A stretch of 64,000 nt of DNA from an uncultured Acidobacteriota bacterium (GCA_963837495.1 CAWINF010000003.1:398784-462783), one strand, 5' to 3'. Positions 40,523-51,330 are shown, numbered from the stretch's first letter. Numbers and translations are program-made. Notes: generated by a model not told the origin, from the letters alone.

Positions 40523-41781
40523 GCATCTCTCAGGAGACCCGGCTCGCCCTGCTGGGATGGAGCTTTCGCGGAGCGGGCGTGTCCGTGCGCGAGCGGGTCG
40601 CCTTCACGGCCGACGAGATCCGCGAGGCGCTGACGGGCCTCCTGCAGCGGGGCGTGATCTCCGAGGGGGTCATCGTATCCACCTGCCATCGGAGCGAGAT
40701 CTACAGCTTCGCCTCCGACGAGGTCTCCCGCGACGGTCTGACGCGGTATCTCTCGGAGTGGCGGGGCCTCGACCAGGCCGAATTGGAAGGCTCCTGTTTC
40801 TACCGGGTGGGAGCCGACGCGGTCCATCACCTCTTCCGCGTCGCCGCGGGGCTCGACTCGCTGGCGCTCGGCGAGAGCGAGGTCCTCGGCCAGGTGCGGC
40901 AGGCCCTGAGTCTCGCCCGGGAATCCGGGTCCACCCGGGCGGTGATGCACCGCCTCTTCGAGAGCGCCGTCGCGGCCGGCAAGCGCGTGCGCGCGGAGAC
41001 GGAGATCGCCCGGCATCCGCTCTCCGTTTCGTCCATCGGGTTCGAGCTCGCGATGAAGGTCTTCGGCGACTTGTCCCAGCGCCGGGTGCTGGTCATTGGA
41101 GCGGGGGAGACCGGCTCGCTCTTCGCGCGCCACGCGGTCGAGGCCGGGGTGCGCTCCCCCGTGATCCTCAACCGCACCGCGTCGCGGGCGCAGGAGCTGG
41201 CGGCGAGCGTCAACGGCCGCGCCGCCGCCTGGGAGAGTCTCGCGCAGGAAGTTCCCCTGGCCGACGTCGTCGTCAGCGCGACTTCGAGCCCCCTGCCTCT
41301 CGTCACCCGCGCCCAGGTCGAGGCGGCGATGCGCGACCGGCGCGGCCGCCCGATGTTCTTTCTGGATCTCGCCGTGCCCCGCGACATCGCCCCCGACGTC
41401 TCCGAGGTCTACAACGTCTTTTCCTACTCGATCGACGACCTGGAGGAGGTCGCGCGGGAAAACCGCGCACGGCGGGCGCGGGAGGTTCCGGTGGCCGAAA
41501 AGATCGTCCAGGAAGAGCTGGAGAACTATCTCGCGTGGCTGGGGAACCTCTCGGTCGTGCCGACCGTGACGCAGTGGCGCCACCGGCTGGAAGAGCTGCG
41601 CGATCTCGAGCTCGATCGCGCGCCGGCGGCCGAGCGCGAGCGCCTGCGCAGGCTCCTGGACGCTTTCTCCGCGAGAATCCTGCACGAGCCCATGCGCCGG
41701 ATGAAGGCGGAGTCCGATCCCGCCCGCAAACTGGACCGCGTCGAAGCGGTGCGGCATCTCTTCGATCTGGACAGGGAGTAA
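40519..41781 (+). CDS. hemA: Glutamyl-tRNA reductase.
   Basis: N-terminal catalytic domain with STCHRSEIY (active-site Cys) and NADPH domain VIGAGETG. ATGA overlap with hemX. Confidence 0.9.
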   Translation: MSISQETRLALLGWSFRGAGVSVRERVAFTADEIREALTGLLQRGVISEGVIVSTCHRSEIYSFASDEVSRDGLTRYLSEWRGLDQAELEGSCFYRVGADAVHHLFRVAAGLDSLALGESEVLGQVRQALSLARESGSTRAVMHRLFESAVAAGKRVRAETEIARHPLSVSSIGFELAMKVFGDLSQRRVLVIGAGETGSLFARHAVEAGVRSPVILNRTASRAQELAASVNGRAAAWESLAQEVPLADVVVSATSSPLPLVTRAQVEAAMRDRRGRPMFFLDLAVPRDIAPDVSEVYNVFSYSIDDLEEVARENRARRAREVPVAEKIVQEELENYLAWLGNLSVVPTVTQWRHRLEELRDLELDRAPAAERERLRRLLDAFSARILHEPMRRMKAESDPARKLDRVEAVRHLFDLDRE

Positions 41782-41796
41782 GAGCTCGGCCCGACC

Positions 41797-42702
41797 ATGA
41801 AACTCAGACTGGGAGCGCGAGGGAGCCAGTTATCGCTGGCTCAGGCAAGGCTCGTCACGGAATCCCTGGCGGGGATCGCGGAGGTCGAGCTCGTCGTCGT
41901 CAAGACGACGGGGGACCGTCTCTCGGCCGCCGGCTCTCCGATCGAGTGGAAGGGGGACTTCACGCGCGAGCTGGACGAAGCCCTTCTGGACGAACGGATC
42001 GATTTCGCCGTTCACAGCATGAAGGACGTGCCGACGGATGTTCCCCGGGGACTGGCGCTCGCGGCGGTGCCCGTTCGCGAGGACCCGAGGGACGTCCTGA
42101 TCTCGAAGCCGCGCCGGAAGCTCGAAGAGCTTCCCGCCGGAGCGCGCGTCGGCACGGCCAGCCCGCGGCGAAAGGCCCAACTGCTGGCGGCGCGGCCGGA
42201 CCTGGAGGTGCTGGAGGCGCGGGGAAATGTGGATACCCGAATCGCGCGCCTGGCCGAGGGGCGCTTCGACGCGATCGTGCTGGCGAGCGCGGGGCTGGCG
42301 CGCCTGGGGCGGACCGAGGAGTCCTGCGAGGTCCTGCCCGTGAGCCTCCTCCTGCCGGCGATCGGACAGGGCGCCCTCGCGATCTATGCCCGCGCGCAGG
42401 ATCGGGAGACGCTCGCTCTCCTCGAGGCGCTGGACGACCCCGCGTCGCATCGCGAGGTCGAAGCCGAGCGGAGCCTGCTCGCCACGCTCGAGGCCGGGTG
42501 CAAGGCCCCCGTGGCCGGTCTCGCCCGGGTCGGCGATGGATCCCTCACGCTCTCGGCGGGAGTGTTTTCTCCGGACGGATCGAGCGCGCTGCGCGAGCAG
42601 TCGGGGGGTCCGGCGACAGAGGCGGCCTCGCTCGGCCGCGAGGTCGGGCGCAGACTTCTCGATCGCGGGGCGGCGGCCCTGATCGACGCCGCGAGCCGAT
42701 GA
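41797..42702 (+). CDS. hemC: Porphobilinogen deaminase (hydroxymethylbilane synthase).
   Basis: MKLRLGARGSQLSLAQA N-terminus and dipyrromethane cofactor Cys region. Confidence 0.9.
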   Translation: MKLRLGARGSQLSLAQARLVTESLAGIAEVELVVVKTTGDRLSAAGSPIEWKGDFTRELDEALLDERIDFAVHSMKDVPTDVPRGLALAAVPVREDPRDVLISKPRRKLEELPAGARVGTASPRRKAQLLAARPDLEVLEARGNVDTRIARLAEGRFDAIVLASAGLARLGRTEESCEVLPVSLLLPAIGQGALAIYARAQDRETLALLEALDDPASHREVEAERSLLATLEAGCKAPVAGLARVGDGSLTLSAGVFSPDGSSALREQSGGPATEAASLGREVGRRLLDRGAAALIDAASR

Positions 42703-43445
42703 CCCTGCCGAAAGCCCTCGTCGTGCGTTCGGGGGCCAATCCTTTCGTTTCCCTCGCGCCGAGCGCCCGGATTGAGATCGTCGAGAGGTCGAGCCATTCC
42801 ATCGAGCCCGTCGAGCCGGACGAGTCCCTTCTGGAACCCCTGGCCGACTTCACGATCTTTACCAGCCAGGTCGCCGTGGAGAGGTTCTTCGCGGACCCTC
42901 GCCGAGCTTCTCTCTTCCGCGCCGCGATGGCGGGGGGGGGCGTGACGGCCGTCGGGCCGGTGACGGCGGAGGCGCTCGCGGCCCGGGGAATCAAGGCGGC
43001 CCTCGTGGCCGGCGGCTCGGCCGAGAACATTCTGGAGCGGCTCCCGGGGGATCTCTCCGGGAGGCGATTCCTGCTCCCTTGCGGAGAAGACGCGAACCCC
43101 GAGCTGGCCGAGCGTCTCGGCTCCCGGGGCGCGCACCTTGCCCGCCTGGTTCTCTACCGGAAGATTCCCAGGCCGCGCGATCCCGGCCTCGAGCGCGAGA
43201 TTCTCGAAAGGCCCTTCGCGGCGTTCTGCACGACATCTCCTTCCGCTGCGCGCTGGCTCTTCGAGGGCCTGGGACAGGCCGCCACCCGGCGTCTGCGGGA
43301 GACTCCCGCCGTCGTCCTGGGGCGGTTCACGCGGCGGTTTCTCGAGTCTCACGGCGTCTCGCGCATCGCGGTCACCGGAGAGGCGCGCTTCGCCGAGGCC
43401 GTGGCGCTGCTCGAAACTCTTGCGACCGCGCCCGCGCGGACATAG
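42699..43445 (+). CDS. hemD: Uroporphyrinogen-III synthase.
   Basis: Position in the operon and HemD-like two-domain alpha/beta pattern. ATGA overlap with hemC. The listed 962-aa ORF is an artefact apart from this C-terminal section. Confidence 0.7.
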   Translation: MTLPKALVVRSGANPFVSLAPSARIEIVERSSHSIEPVEPDESLLEPLADFTIFTSQVAVERFFADPRRASLFRAAMAGGGVTAVGPVTAEALAARGIKAALVAGGSAENILERLPGDLSGRRFLLPCGEDANPELAERLGSRGAHLARLVLYRKIPRPRDPGLEREILERPFAAFCTTSPSAARWLFEGLGQAATRRLRETPAVVLGRFTRRFLESHGVSRIAVTGEARFAEAVALLETLATAPART

Positions 43446-43446
43446 A

Positions 43447-44439
43447 TTGCCCTCCGTGACCGGATTTCCCACCCTTCGTCTGAGGCGCCTGCGCCGGTCT
43501 CCCGCTCTGCGCGCGCTCGTGCGCGAGACGCGACTCTCGGCCGACCGCTTCGTCGCGGGGTTCTTCGTGCGTCGCGGAAAGGGGCTTCGCCAGGAGATCT
43601 CTTCTCTGCCCGGCGTCCTGCGCCTCTCGCCGGACGAGGCCGTGGCGGAAGCCCAGGAGCTGGCTTCCCTGGGAGTGCCAGGGGTCATCCTTTTCGGAAT
43701 CCCGGAGAGGAAGGACGAGACGGGCAGCGAGGCCTGGGACGAGGAGGCGGCCGTCCAGGAGACCGTTCGGCGGCTGAAGAAAGAAGTCCCGCAGATCCTG
43801 GTCGTCACGGACGTCTGCCTGGACGAGTACACCTCGCACGGCCACTGCGGCGTGATCCGCGACGGAGAGGTGGACAACGACGCGACGCTGCCGCTGCTCG
43901 CGAAGGCCGCGCTGTCGCAGGCGCGTGCCGGCGTGGACGTGGTCGCGCCCTCGGACATGATGGACGGGCGGGTCGCTGCGATCCGCCGCGCCCTGGACGA
44001 GAACGGCTTCGATCAGATCGCGATCCTCGCCTACTCGGCCAAGAGCGCCTCGGCCTTCTACGGACCGTTTCGCGAGGCCGCGGATTCGTCGCCCAAATTC
44101 GGCGACCGGCGAGGCTATCAGATGGACGCGGCCAATCGGCGGGAGGCGATGCGCGAGATCGCGCTGGACCTGGAAGAGGGGGCCGACGCGGTCATGGTCA
44201 AGCCGGCCCTCGCCTACCTCGACGTGATCCGCGAAGCCCGCGTCCGCTTCGACGCTCCGATCGCCGCGTACAACGTCTCCGGCGAATACGCGATGGTCAA
44301 GGCCGCGGCCGCCAATGGATGGATCGACGAAAAGAGGATCGTCCTGGAGATCCTGACGGGCATCGTGCGCGCCGGGGCGGACTTCGTCCTGACCTATCAC
44401 GCCAGGGACGCCGCCAGGTGGCTCAAGGAAGGAAGTTGA
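43447..44439 (+). CDS. hemB: Porphobilinogen synthase (ALA dehydratase).
   Basis: FPTLRLRRLRR start and active-site lysines (VMVKP). A DxCxDE-type residue set (DVCLDEYTSHGHC) suggests a partially Zn-type site. TTG/GTG start. Confidence 0.9.
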   Translation: MPSVTGFPTLRLRRLRRSPALRALVRETRLSADRFVAGFFVRRGKGLRQEISSLPGVLRLSPDEAVAEAQELASLGVPGVILFGIPERKDETGSEAWDEEAAVQETVRRLKKEVPQILVVTDVCLDEYTSHGHCGVIRDGEVDNDATLPLLAKAALSQARAGVDVVAPSDMMDGRVAAIRRALDENGFDQIAILAYSAKSASAFYGPFREAADSSPKFGDRRGYQMDAANRREAMREIALDLEEGADAVMVKPALAYLDVIREARVRFDAPIAAYNVSGEYAMVKAAAANGWIDEKRIVLEILTGIVRAGADFVLTYHARDAARWLKEGS

Positions 44440-44440
44440 G

Positions 44441-44468
44441 AGTCGAGAGTCGAGAGTCGAGAGACCGG
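44441..44468. repeat. Heptamer tandem repeat (GAGAGTC)x3.5 in the hemB-hemL spacer.
   Basis: Reads ttgagagtcgagagtcgagagtcgagagacc. Confidence 0.8.
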
Positions 44469-44491
44469 GCACGGCGTCCGGCGCCTCGATC

Positions 44492-45844
44492 TTGGTGAAG
44501 CCTCGGAAAGGGAGAGGCGCCGCGCGGAGTGCGGCGCTCTATAAACGCGCTTGCGCGCTTATGCCGGGCGGCGTCTCCTCACCGGTGCGGTCGTTCGCCT
44601 CGGTCGGGGGGGAGCCCTTCTTCGTGCAGTCGGGGCGCGGCGCGCGCGTGCGCGACGCCGACGGGCGCTCGTACATCGACTACGTGCAGTCCTACGGCCC
44701 GCACCTCTTCGGGCACGCTCCGGACTTCGTGCGGAGGGCGGTCGCCGGGGCCCTTCGGCGGGGAACGTCGTTCGGCGCCCCGACGGCGCTCGAGGTGCGA
44801 CTGGCCGAGCGCGTCGTCGCGATGGTGCCCTCGGTCGAGATGGTCCGGTTCGTCAACTCCGGGACCGAGGCGACGATGAGCGCGGTTCGCCTCGCGCGGG
44901 CGGCGACCGGACGCTCGCGCATCGTCAAGACGGAGGGGGGATACCACGGCCACGGAGACGGGTTCCTCGTTTCCGCGGGCTCGGGCGTCGCGACGCTGGG
45001 AATCGCCGGCAGCCCGGGCGTCCCGGCCGAGGTCGCCAGGCTGACCGTCGTGATCCCTTACAACGACACGCCGGCCCTCGAGAAGGCTTTCGAGTGTTTC
45101 CCGGGGGAGATCGCGGCGTTCATCCTCGAGCCGATCGCGGCCAACATCGGGCTCGTGCTGCCCCGCCCGGGGTATCTGGAGGCCGTGGCGGAGATCACCC
45201 GGCGGCAGGGCGCGCTTCTCATCTTCGACGAGGTGATCACCGGTTTTCGCGTGGCGGCGGGAGGGGCGCAGAAACTCTACGGCGTCTCGCCGGACCTGAC
45301 CACTCTCGGGAAGATCCTGGGCGGCGGACTCCCGGTCGGCGCCTACGGGGGGAGACGCGATCTGATGGAGCGGATGGCGCCGTCGGGGCCGGTGTACCAG
45401 GCGGGCACGCTCTCGGGAAACCCGCTGGCGATGAGCGCGGGCATCGCGATGCTCTCGCAGATCGCGCGCCATCCTCCGTACGGAGAGCTCGAGGAGAAAG
45501 GCGCCCTGCTCGAAGAGGGCGTCCGAAAGGCGATCGCGGACACCGGAGTCGCGGACCGTGTGAGCTACGAGCGGATCGGCTCGCTCTCCACGCTCTTCTT
45601 CTCTCCGGGTCCGTCCTCGGATTTCACGTCGGTCAAGGGATGCGACACGGCCGCCTACTCGCGCTTCTTCCACGCGATGCGCAAGCGAGGCGTCTTCCTG
45701 CCCCCCGCGCAGTTCGAGGCCTGGTTCGTGTCCACGGCCCACTCGGAGTCCGACCTGCGCCGCACCGTCCGGGCCGTCGGCGAGAGCCTGGCCGCGGCTT
45801 TCGACCGCGGCGTTCGCTCCGCGAACGGCGGTCGCGAGAGTTGA
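44492..45844 (+). CDS. hemL: Glutamate-1-semialdehyde 2,1-aminomutase.
   Basis: LYKRACALMPGGVSSPVRSF N-terminus; class-III aminotransferase with a PLP lysine. Confidence 0.9.
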   Translation: MVKPRKGRGAARSAALYKRACALMPGGVSSPVRSFASVGGEPFFVQSGRGARVRDADGRSYIDYVQSYGPHLFGHAPDFVRRAVAGALRRGTSFGAPTALEVRLAERVVAMVPSVEMVRFVNSGTEATMSAVRLARAATGRSRIVKTEGGYHGHGDGFLVSAGSGVATLGIAGSPGVPAEVARLTVVIPYNDTPALEKAFECFPGEIAAFILEPIAANIGLVLPRPGYLEAVAEITRRQGALLIFDEVITGFRVAAGGAQKLYGVSPDLTTLGKILGGGLPVGAYGGRRDLMERMAPSGPVYQAGTLSGNPLAMSAGIAMLSQIARHPPYGELEEKGALLEEGVRKAIADTGVADRVSYERIGSLSTLFFSPGPSSDFTSVKGCDTAAYSRFFHAMRKRGVFLPPAQFEAWFVSTAHSESDLRRTVRAVGESLAAAFDRGVRSANGGRES

Positions 45845-45899
45845 AACGAGGGCTTTTGTCTCGGCTGAAAGAGAGATCTCTGTCCCTCCTTCACTTCGC

Positions 45900-47924
45900 C
45901 TAACCCGGAGTGCCTCGGAGGACCTCGAGGCTGCGCTCGAGGGCGTTCTCGGTGCCGAGCAGCAGGAGCTGGTCCTGGGGCTCGAACACGAAGTCGGCGC
46001 CGGGCGTGACGAGGGCGTTGCCGTTGCGCACGGCGGCGAGGAGTATCGTTCCGCCCGAGCCTCGAAGCTCCAGATCCCTCAGGGACCGCCCGACCGCCCG
46101 CCAATCCGGCCCGACAGACACGAACTCGATGCGAGTCCCCCCGAGAGCCTGCTCCAGACGCTCGGCGGCCACGTCGGGCGCGCGGAACTTCCGGAAGCTG
46201 TCCTCGCGTGTGCGGCGGATCTCGTCGGTCTCCGACTCGACCCAGGGAAGAGGAAAGCCCAGCCGACGCAGGGTCCGCCCGGAGATCTCGAGCGAGGTTT
46301 CGAATTCCTCGGCCACGACCTCGTCGGCGCCCAGTCCCGAGAGGCCCGGGATCTCGGCGAGGTAGCGCGTGCGAGCGAGGAGGAAGATGGCCGGCGACAG
46401 GCTGCGGCACAGCGAGAGCGTGTGGCGGGTCGCGCGCGGGTCCGACAGAAGCACGATCGCGGCCCGCGCTCTCTCGATGCCGGCGTGCCTCAGGACGGAC
46501 GCGCTCGTCGTGTCGCCGTACTCGATCGGCGCCCCTTTGGCCCGGCCGGCCCGGACCCGCTCCGGGCTCAGATCGAGCACGCGAAACGGGACCTTCGCCC
46601 GCGCCAGCACGCGGGAAAGAGTCTCGCCCATGTGGCCGAATCCGAAGACGAGGACATGATCTTCGCCCGGGAGCCTTGGCCCGGCCAGAGCGTCCGCGAC
46701 CAATTCGCGGGGACGGCCGATCGGGAACCCGGCTATCCGGTCGCCCACCGCGTGGCCGAGCAGGAACAGAAACGGAGTCGCGGTCATCGAGATGATCGTC
46801 GCCGCCAGCACGACCTGGTAGACCTCCGCCGAGACCAGGTTGGCCGCCCGCCCTTGCGCCAGGATCACGAAGGCGAATTCTCCGATCTGGGCCAGGGAAA
46901 TACCCACGATCGCCGCGACTCGAGGGCCGTAACCCAGCACGAGCACCGGGATCGCGGCCACGACCGCCTTGCCGACGAGAACGAGCGCGAGAGCGGCCGC
47001 GACGGTCGCGGGCCGAGTCGTCAGGATCCGCGCGTCGAACAGCATGCCGACCGACACGAAGAACAGAGCGTTGAAAGCGTCACGGAAGGGAGCGATGTCC
47101 GCCATGGCCTGGTGCCCGAAGTCGGAATCGGAAACGACCAGTCCCGCCAGGAAGGCGCCGATGGCGAGCGAGAGCCCCGCCCGCGCGGTCGCGAGCGCGG
47201 TGCCGAGCACGAGCAGGAGCACGGCCAGGAGGAACAGCTCCTTGCGCCGCGTCGCGGCGACCGCGTGGAGAAGGGGTGGGACCACGAATCGCGCCGCGAA
47301 GAACACGAGGACGACCGCGGCGGCCGCCTTGCCGATGGCGACGCCCGTTTCCAGAAGCGGGATGCCGTGGCGGGCCGCGAGCGGTCCGATGAGCAGCAGG
47401 ATCGGAACCACCATCAGGTCTTCGAAGACGTTGATCCCGACGAGAAACCTCCCGTGCGGCGAGTCAAGCTCGCGGCGCTCGACGAGGAGCTGGAGGATGA
47501 TGACCGTGGAACAGGTGACCACGAGGAACCCGAAGAAGAGGCTCTGGTTCCAGCTGTAGCCGCGCAGGAGCGGAACTGCTGCCGCGAGAAGAGTCACGCC
47601 GCAAAACTGGATGGGCCCGGCGATCCAGACGGCCGAGCCCAGGCGGCGCAGACTCGAGAGGGGAAGCTCGAGGCCGACCGTGAAGAGGAGCAGAACGACG
47701 CCGACCTGCGCCAGAGCCTCGACCGTTCCCACATCCTGCACGAACCCGAGCCCGTGGGGGCCCAGAAGGACGCCCGCCAGAAGGTAGCCGATCAAAGGCG
47801 GCAGGCGCAGCCGGTTCAGGACGTAGGCCGCCGCCAGGGCCGCCAGAAAGACCAGGGCGAGCGGAGCGAGAAAAGCCGGAACGGCCACTGCGGCCATTAT
47901 CGCGGACTCAGGTCCTGCGCTCAT
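45900..47924 (-). CDS. CPA2-family K+/H+ antiporter with TrkA-N/TrkA-C (RCK) domains (KefB/KefC-like).
   Basis: 13-TM Na_H exchanger core and a Rossmann RCK domain (VLVFGFGHMG). Confidence 0.85.
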   Translation of the reverse strand: MSAGPESAIMAAVAVPAFLAPLALVFLAALAAAYVLNRLRLPPLIGYLLAGVLLGPHGLGFVQDVGTVEALAQVGVVLLLFTVGLELPLSSLRRLGSAVWIAGPIQFCGVTLLAAAVPLLRGYSWNQSLFFGFLVVTCSTVIILQLLVERRELDSPHGRFLVGINVFEDLMVVPILLLIGPLAARHGIPLLETGVAIGKAAAAVVLVFFAARFVVPPLLHAVAATRRKELFLLAVLLLVLGTALATARAGLSLAIGAFLAGLVVSDSDFGHQAMADIAPFRDAFNALFFVSVGMLFDARILTTRPATVAAALALVLVGKAVVAAIPVLVLGYGPRVAAIVGISLAQIGEFAFVILAQGRAANLVSAEVYQVVLAATIISMTATPFLFLLGHAVGDRIAGFPIGRPRELVADALAGPRLPGEDHVLVFGFGHMGETLSRVLARAKVPFRVLDLSPERVRAGRAKGAPIEYGDTTSASVLRHAGIERARAAIVLLSDPRATRHTLSLCRSLSPAIFLLARTRYLAEIPGLSGLGADEVVAEEFETSLEISGRTLRRLGFPLPWVESETDEIRRTREDSFRKFRAPDVAAERLEQALGGTRIEFVSVGPDWRAVGRSLRDLELRGSGGTILLAAVRNGNALVTPGADFVFEPQDQLLLLGTENALERSLEVLRGTPG

Positions 47925-47964
47925 CTCTGGTAGCCTGTCGCCGAGCGACAGCGCAAGGGGGCCG

Positions 47965-49512
47965 ATGCCGGGTATGACGACTCAGGCGCGGGCGAGCGAC
48001 AAGCAGTGGTTCGGACACCCGCGCGGCCTCTCCACGCTCTTTTTCACGGAGATGTGGGAGCGCTTCAGCTACTACGGGATGCGGGGCATTCTCCTGCTGT
48101 TCCTCGTCAACGCCGTCGCCACCGGCGGGTTCGGGATGAGCGACAAGACGGCCTCCGCGATCTATGGCCTCTACGTCGGACTGGTGTACCTGATGGCGCT
48201 TCCGGGCGGATGGATCGCCGACAGGATCCTGGGCCAGCGCCGGGCCGTTTTCCTCGGGGGGTGCATCATCGCCGCGGGGCATTTCAGCATGGCGCTGCCG
48301 ACGGTGCCCACCTTCTATCTGGGTCTCTGCCTGATCGTGATCGGGACGGGACTGCTCAAGCCCAACGTCAGCGCGATGGTCGGCGATCTCTATCCCGAGG
48401 GAGGAGCGCGGCGGGACGCCGGGTTCTCGATCTTCTACTCGGGCATCAACACGGGCGCGCTCTTCGGCCCCCTCGTGTGCGGTTTTCTCGGAGAGAGGAT
48501 CAACTGGCACCTGGGCTTCGGCGCCGCGGGAGTCGGGATGGTGTTCGGCCTCGTGCAGTATCGCTTCGGCGGAAAGTACCTGGGCGCCGCGGGGCTTCGG
48601 GCGGCCGAGTCCGGAGACCGGGTCGCTCTGCGCCGGATGTCCATCGCAATCGCGGCGGTCGCGCTCGTGATCGCCCTTCTCGCCGGGCTCATGGTCTTGG
48701 GCATTCTGAAGCTCACCCTCGTCCAGGTGGCCCAGAGCACGGGCTTCTTCATGGCGGTCCTCGCCGTGCTGTATTTCGCCTCCGTGCTTCTGTTCGGCAA
48801 GCTGTCAACTCCGGAGAAGAAGCGGGTCATCCTGATCTTCGTCTTCTTCCTCGCCGCGGTCCTTTTCTGGTCGGGCTACGAGCAGGCCGGGTCCTCCATG
48901 AACCTGTTCGCGGAGCGGCTGACCGACCGCATGATCGGCCATTGGGAGATGCCCGCTTCGTGGCTCCAGTCGGTCAATCCGGTTTTCATCATCGTCTTTG
49001 CGCCGGTGATCGGCGCCCTCTGGGTCTGGCTCAGGTCGCGCGAGCCTTCGACTCCCGCCAAGATGGGCTACGGCCTGGTGCTTCTCGCGGTCGGTTTTCT
49101 CGTGCTCGCCTGGGGCGCGACCTTCACCCGCGGCGGCTCCAAGGTGTCCCCGATGTGGCTGGTCGTAACTTACTTCCTGCACACCGTGGGGGAGCTGTGC
49201 TTGAGCCCCGTCGGTTTGAGCAGCGTCACGAAGCTCGCGCCGCGCCGCCTCGTCGGCCAGTTGATGGGGACCTGGTTCATGGGCACCGCGCTCGGCAATC
49301 TGATCGCCGGCCTTGCCGGCGGCGGGTTCGAAGGCATGTCGGTCGGACAGATGTTTGCCGCCGTCGCGAAGGTCACGGGCGCGGCCGGGCTGGTCCTCCT
49401 TCTCTTCTCGAGGCCGCTCAAGCGGTTGATGGGAGGCGAGCGCGGCGAGATCGTCGACGCCATGCCCGTGGGTTCCGAGGCGGCTACTCGCGAGGAGACG
49501 CAGACTCTCTAA
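47965..49512 (+). CDS. POT/PTR2-family di-/tripeptide:H+ symporter (DtpT-like).
   Basis: ExxERFxYYG motif (EMWERFSYYGMRG) and GGWIADR motif; 14 TM segments. Confidence 0.85.
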   Translation: MPGMTTQARASDKQWFGHPRGLSTLFFTEMWERFSYYGMRGILLLFLVNAVATGGFGMSDKTASAIYGLYVGLVYLMALPGGWIADRILGQRRAVFLGGCIIAAGHFSMALPTVPTFYLGLCLIVIGTGLLKPNVSAMVGDLYPEGGARRDAGFSIFYSGINTGALFGPLVCGFLGERINWHLGFGAAGVGMVFGLVQYRFGGKYLGAAGLRAAESGDRVALRRMSIAIAAVALVIALLAGLMVLGILKLTLVQVAQSTGFFMAVLAVLYFASVLLFGKLSTPEKKRVILIFVFFLAAVLFWSGYEQAGSSMNLFAERLTDRMIGHWEMPASWLQSVNPVFIIVFAPVIGALWVWLRSREPSTPAKMGYGLVLLAVGFLVLAWGATFTRGGSKVSPMWLVVTYFLHTVGELCLSPVGLSSVTKLAPRRLVGQLMGTWFMGTALGNLIAGLAGGGFEGMSVGQMFAAVAKVTGAAGLVLLLFSRPLKRLMGGERGEIVDAMPVGSEAATREETQTL

Positions 49513-49897
49513 TTCGGCACGGGATTTGCGGGTGAAATTCTTCGTGCAACAGGCAGAATTCGACCTTTCGAAACTCGTGGGAAGCAAATCTCTGTCACGT
49601 TCCCTCCTCTCGGTTTGGCTTTGATCGCTAGCCCGATTCCGAGCTGGAACCGCCTTATGTCTTTTGAAGGAAGCGGCTTAGCGGCGTGGAGAAGATACTT
49701 GAAGCGATCGCGGCCAAATTGTGCCAGAATCGGGCACAAGGGTTGCTACTGAAGCACACTGGAAGAGCAATGACACAGGAAAGAAACAACGGCGGGTACC
49801 TCCCAGGGGGAGGTTTGCCTTTTCCAGCGTTTAGAGATCGGGTGTGGAAGAGTGCGGCGGAGTTCTTGGGCAGCAAACCTTGAAGGAGATCCCGAGG

Positions 49898-50692
49898 ATG
49901 AGCAGTGCAGCCGGTCCCCCGCGAGTATCGCGATTCGGATGGAACCTCTCCGGCGTAAAAAGCCCTTCAGGGCGGGCGAAAGCCGACGCTCCCGCCGTGC
50001 TCCTGGCGACCGCCGATGCCGTTCTGCGAGGCCATTGGAAAGCTGTCCTCCAGGAGGGGTATCCCCTTCGGGATGTTTCCGACGGCGCCTGCCTCGACCG
50101 GACGGTCGCGACTCTGACGCCCGATGTCCTCCTGCTCGATCTCGACCTGTTCGGCGTCGGCGGAATTGGCGACGGTCCGATCGTGCAGAGCCTGGCACAG
50201 GGTGCGAAGCTGGTCCTGTTCTCTTCCTCTCCCAACGAGCGGGAAGGGATCCGCGTGCTGAAGGCCGGCGCCAGGGGATATTGCAACAAGAACATCGATC
50301 CGCAGCTTCTTCGAAGGATCGTGGACCGAGTCCATGAGGGAGAGATCTGGGCAGAGCGCAAGCTCATTCCCAAGCTCCTGGAAGAGTACGCCGCGTCGCA
50401 GGACGGTGAGCACCGCAAACAGAGGCGGAAATCCGACAGCCGGCTGACCCTTCTGACGCCGCGCGAGCGCGAGATCGCTTTTCTGATCGGCGCCGGCGCC
50501 AGCAACAAAGAGATCGCGAGCCGGCTTCGTGTCGGCGAAGGTACGGTCAAGGCTCACCTGACCTCGATTTTTCGGAAACTGGGCTTCTCCGACCGTCTCC
50601 AGCTCGGCCTTTTTCTGGTGAACCCGAACTGGGATCTCCAGTACTCGCAGAAGACCCTCTCCGCTCCCTCCGTCGAGCGTCTCAGCTCCTGA
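49898..50692 (+). CDS. LuxR/FixJ-family response regulator (receiver plus HTH_LuxR).
   Basis: RBS AAGGAG. Receiver-like domain (LLLDLDL, KLVLFSSSP) and C-terminal LTPREREIAFLIGAGASNKEIASRLRVGEGTVKAHL. Confidence 0.75.
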   Translation: MSSAAGPPRVSRFGWNLSGVKSPSGRAKADAPAVLLATADAVLRGHWKAVLQEGYPLRDVSDGACLDRTVATLTPDVLLLDLDLFGVGGIGDGPIVQSLAQGAKLVLFSSSPNEREGIRVLKAGARGYCNKNIDPQLLRRIVDRVHEGEIWAERKLIPKLLEEYAASQDGEHRKQRRKSDSRLTLLTPREREIAFLIGAGASNKEIASRLRVGEGTVKAHLTSIFRKLGFSDRLQLGLFLVNPNWDLQYSQKTLSAPSVERLSS

Positions 50693-51282
50693 TCCGGCTC
50701 CGGCTCCGGACGCGAGGCTCTCCCCGGGGGGAGCCCGCCATTCTTTGCCTTTGAACGGCAGGCGATTCCGGTATGCAGGTCCAGGAGATCCTTCCAGAAC
50801 TCACCGCTAACCCGTAGCCCCCTCCCGAGAACCCGGCTCTCCCGGATCCCACCGCGAGGCCGCCGTTTTGGTCGCCTTGTGCGGCCTGAACTCTTCAACC
50901 TCACGCAAGATCTCTGGGCGCGTCCGGCATCGTGAGAGTGTTGGCACTTTCGGGCATCCGATTGGAGTGATTCCCATCACTCCGAAAAATCTGGCGGGAG
51001 TCTCTTGAGCCGAGAGCGCCGGTCAGGCTGTCGTGACGGAGACTCAAAAAGACGGAACGTTCTGGTCGAGGGCCGGCGTCTGCCCGCCGATCTCCCGCCA
51101 ATTTCAGAACGGCTATTCGTAAGCTGAGGTTTTCAGCCTTTGGTTTTGTTCCCGCCGGAGTCCGAAGGTGTCCCCACCCTGGAATAGCTCGGAGTCGGCA
51201 CCCCTGCGCACTTCAGGGCCTGAACCTGCCTGAGATCTAAGAGCGCAAGGACCACCTCCGGAGAAATTGGAGGGTATACCGA

Positions 51283-51330
51283 AGTCCAATGACTAATGTC
51301 CAACGACCAATGTCCAATAGACACGACTCA
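51283..51330 (+). promoter_or_regulatory. Direct ~15-bp repeats GTCCAA(T/C)GAC(T/C)AATG x2.5 upstream of the collagen-like gene.
   Basis: Reads gtccaatgactaatgtccaacgaccaatgtccaatagac in an AT-richer 780-bp intergenic region. Candidate transcription-factor binding array. Confidence 0.35.

Noticed and set aside
40557-43445. 962-aa plus-strand ORF
   Set aside because: It is an alternative-frame read-through of hemA and hemC. Only its last 249 codons (42699-43445) are the genuine hemD.
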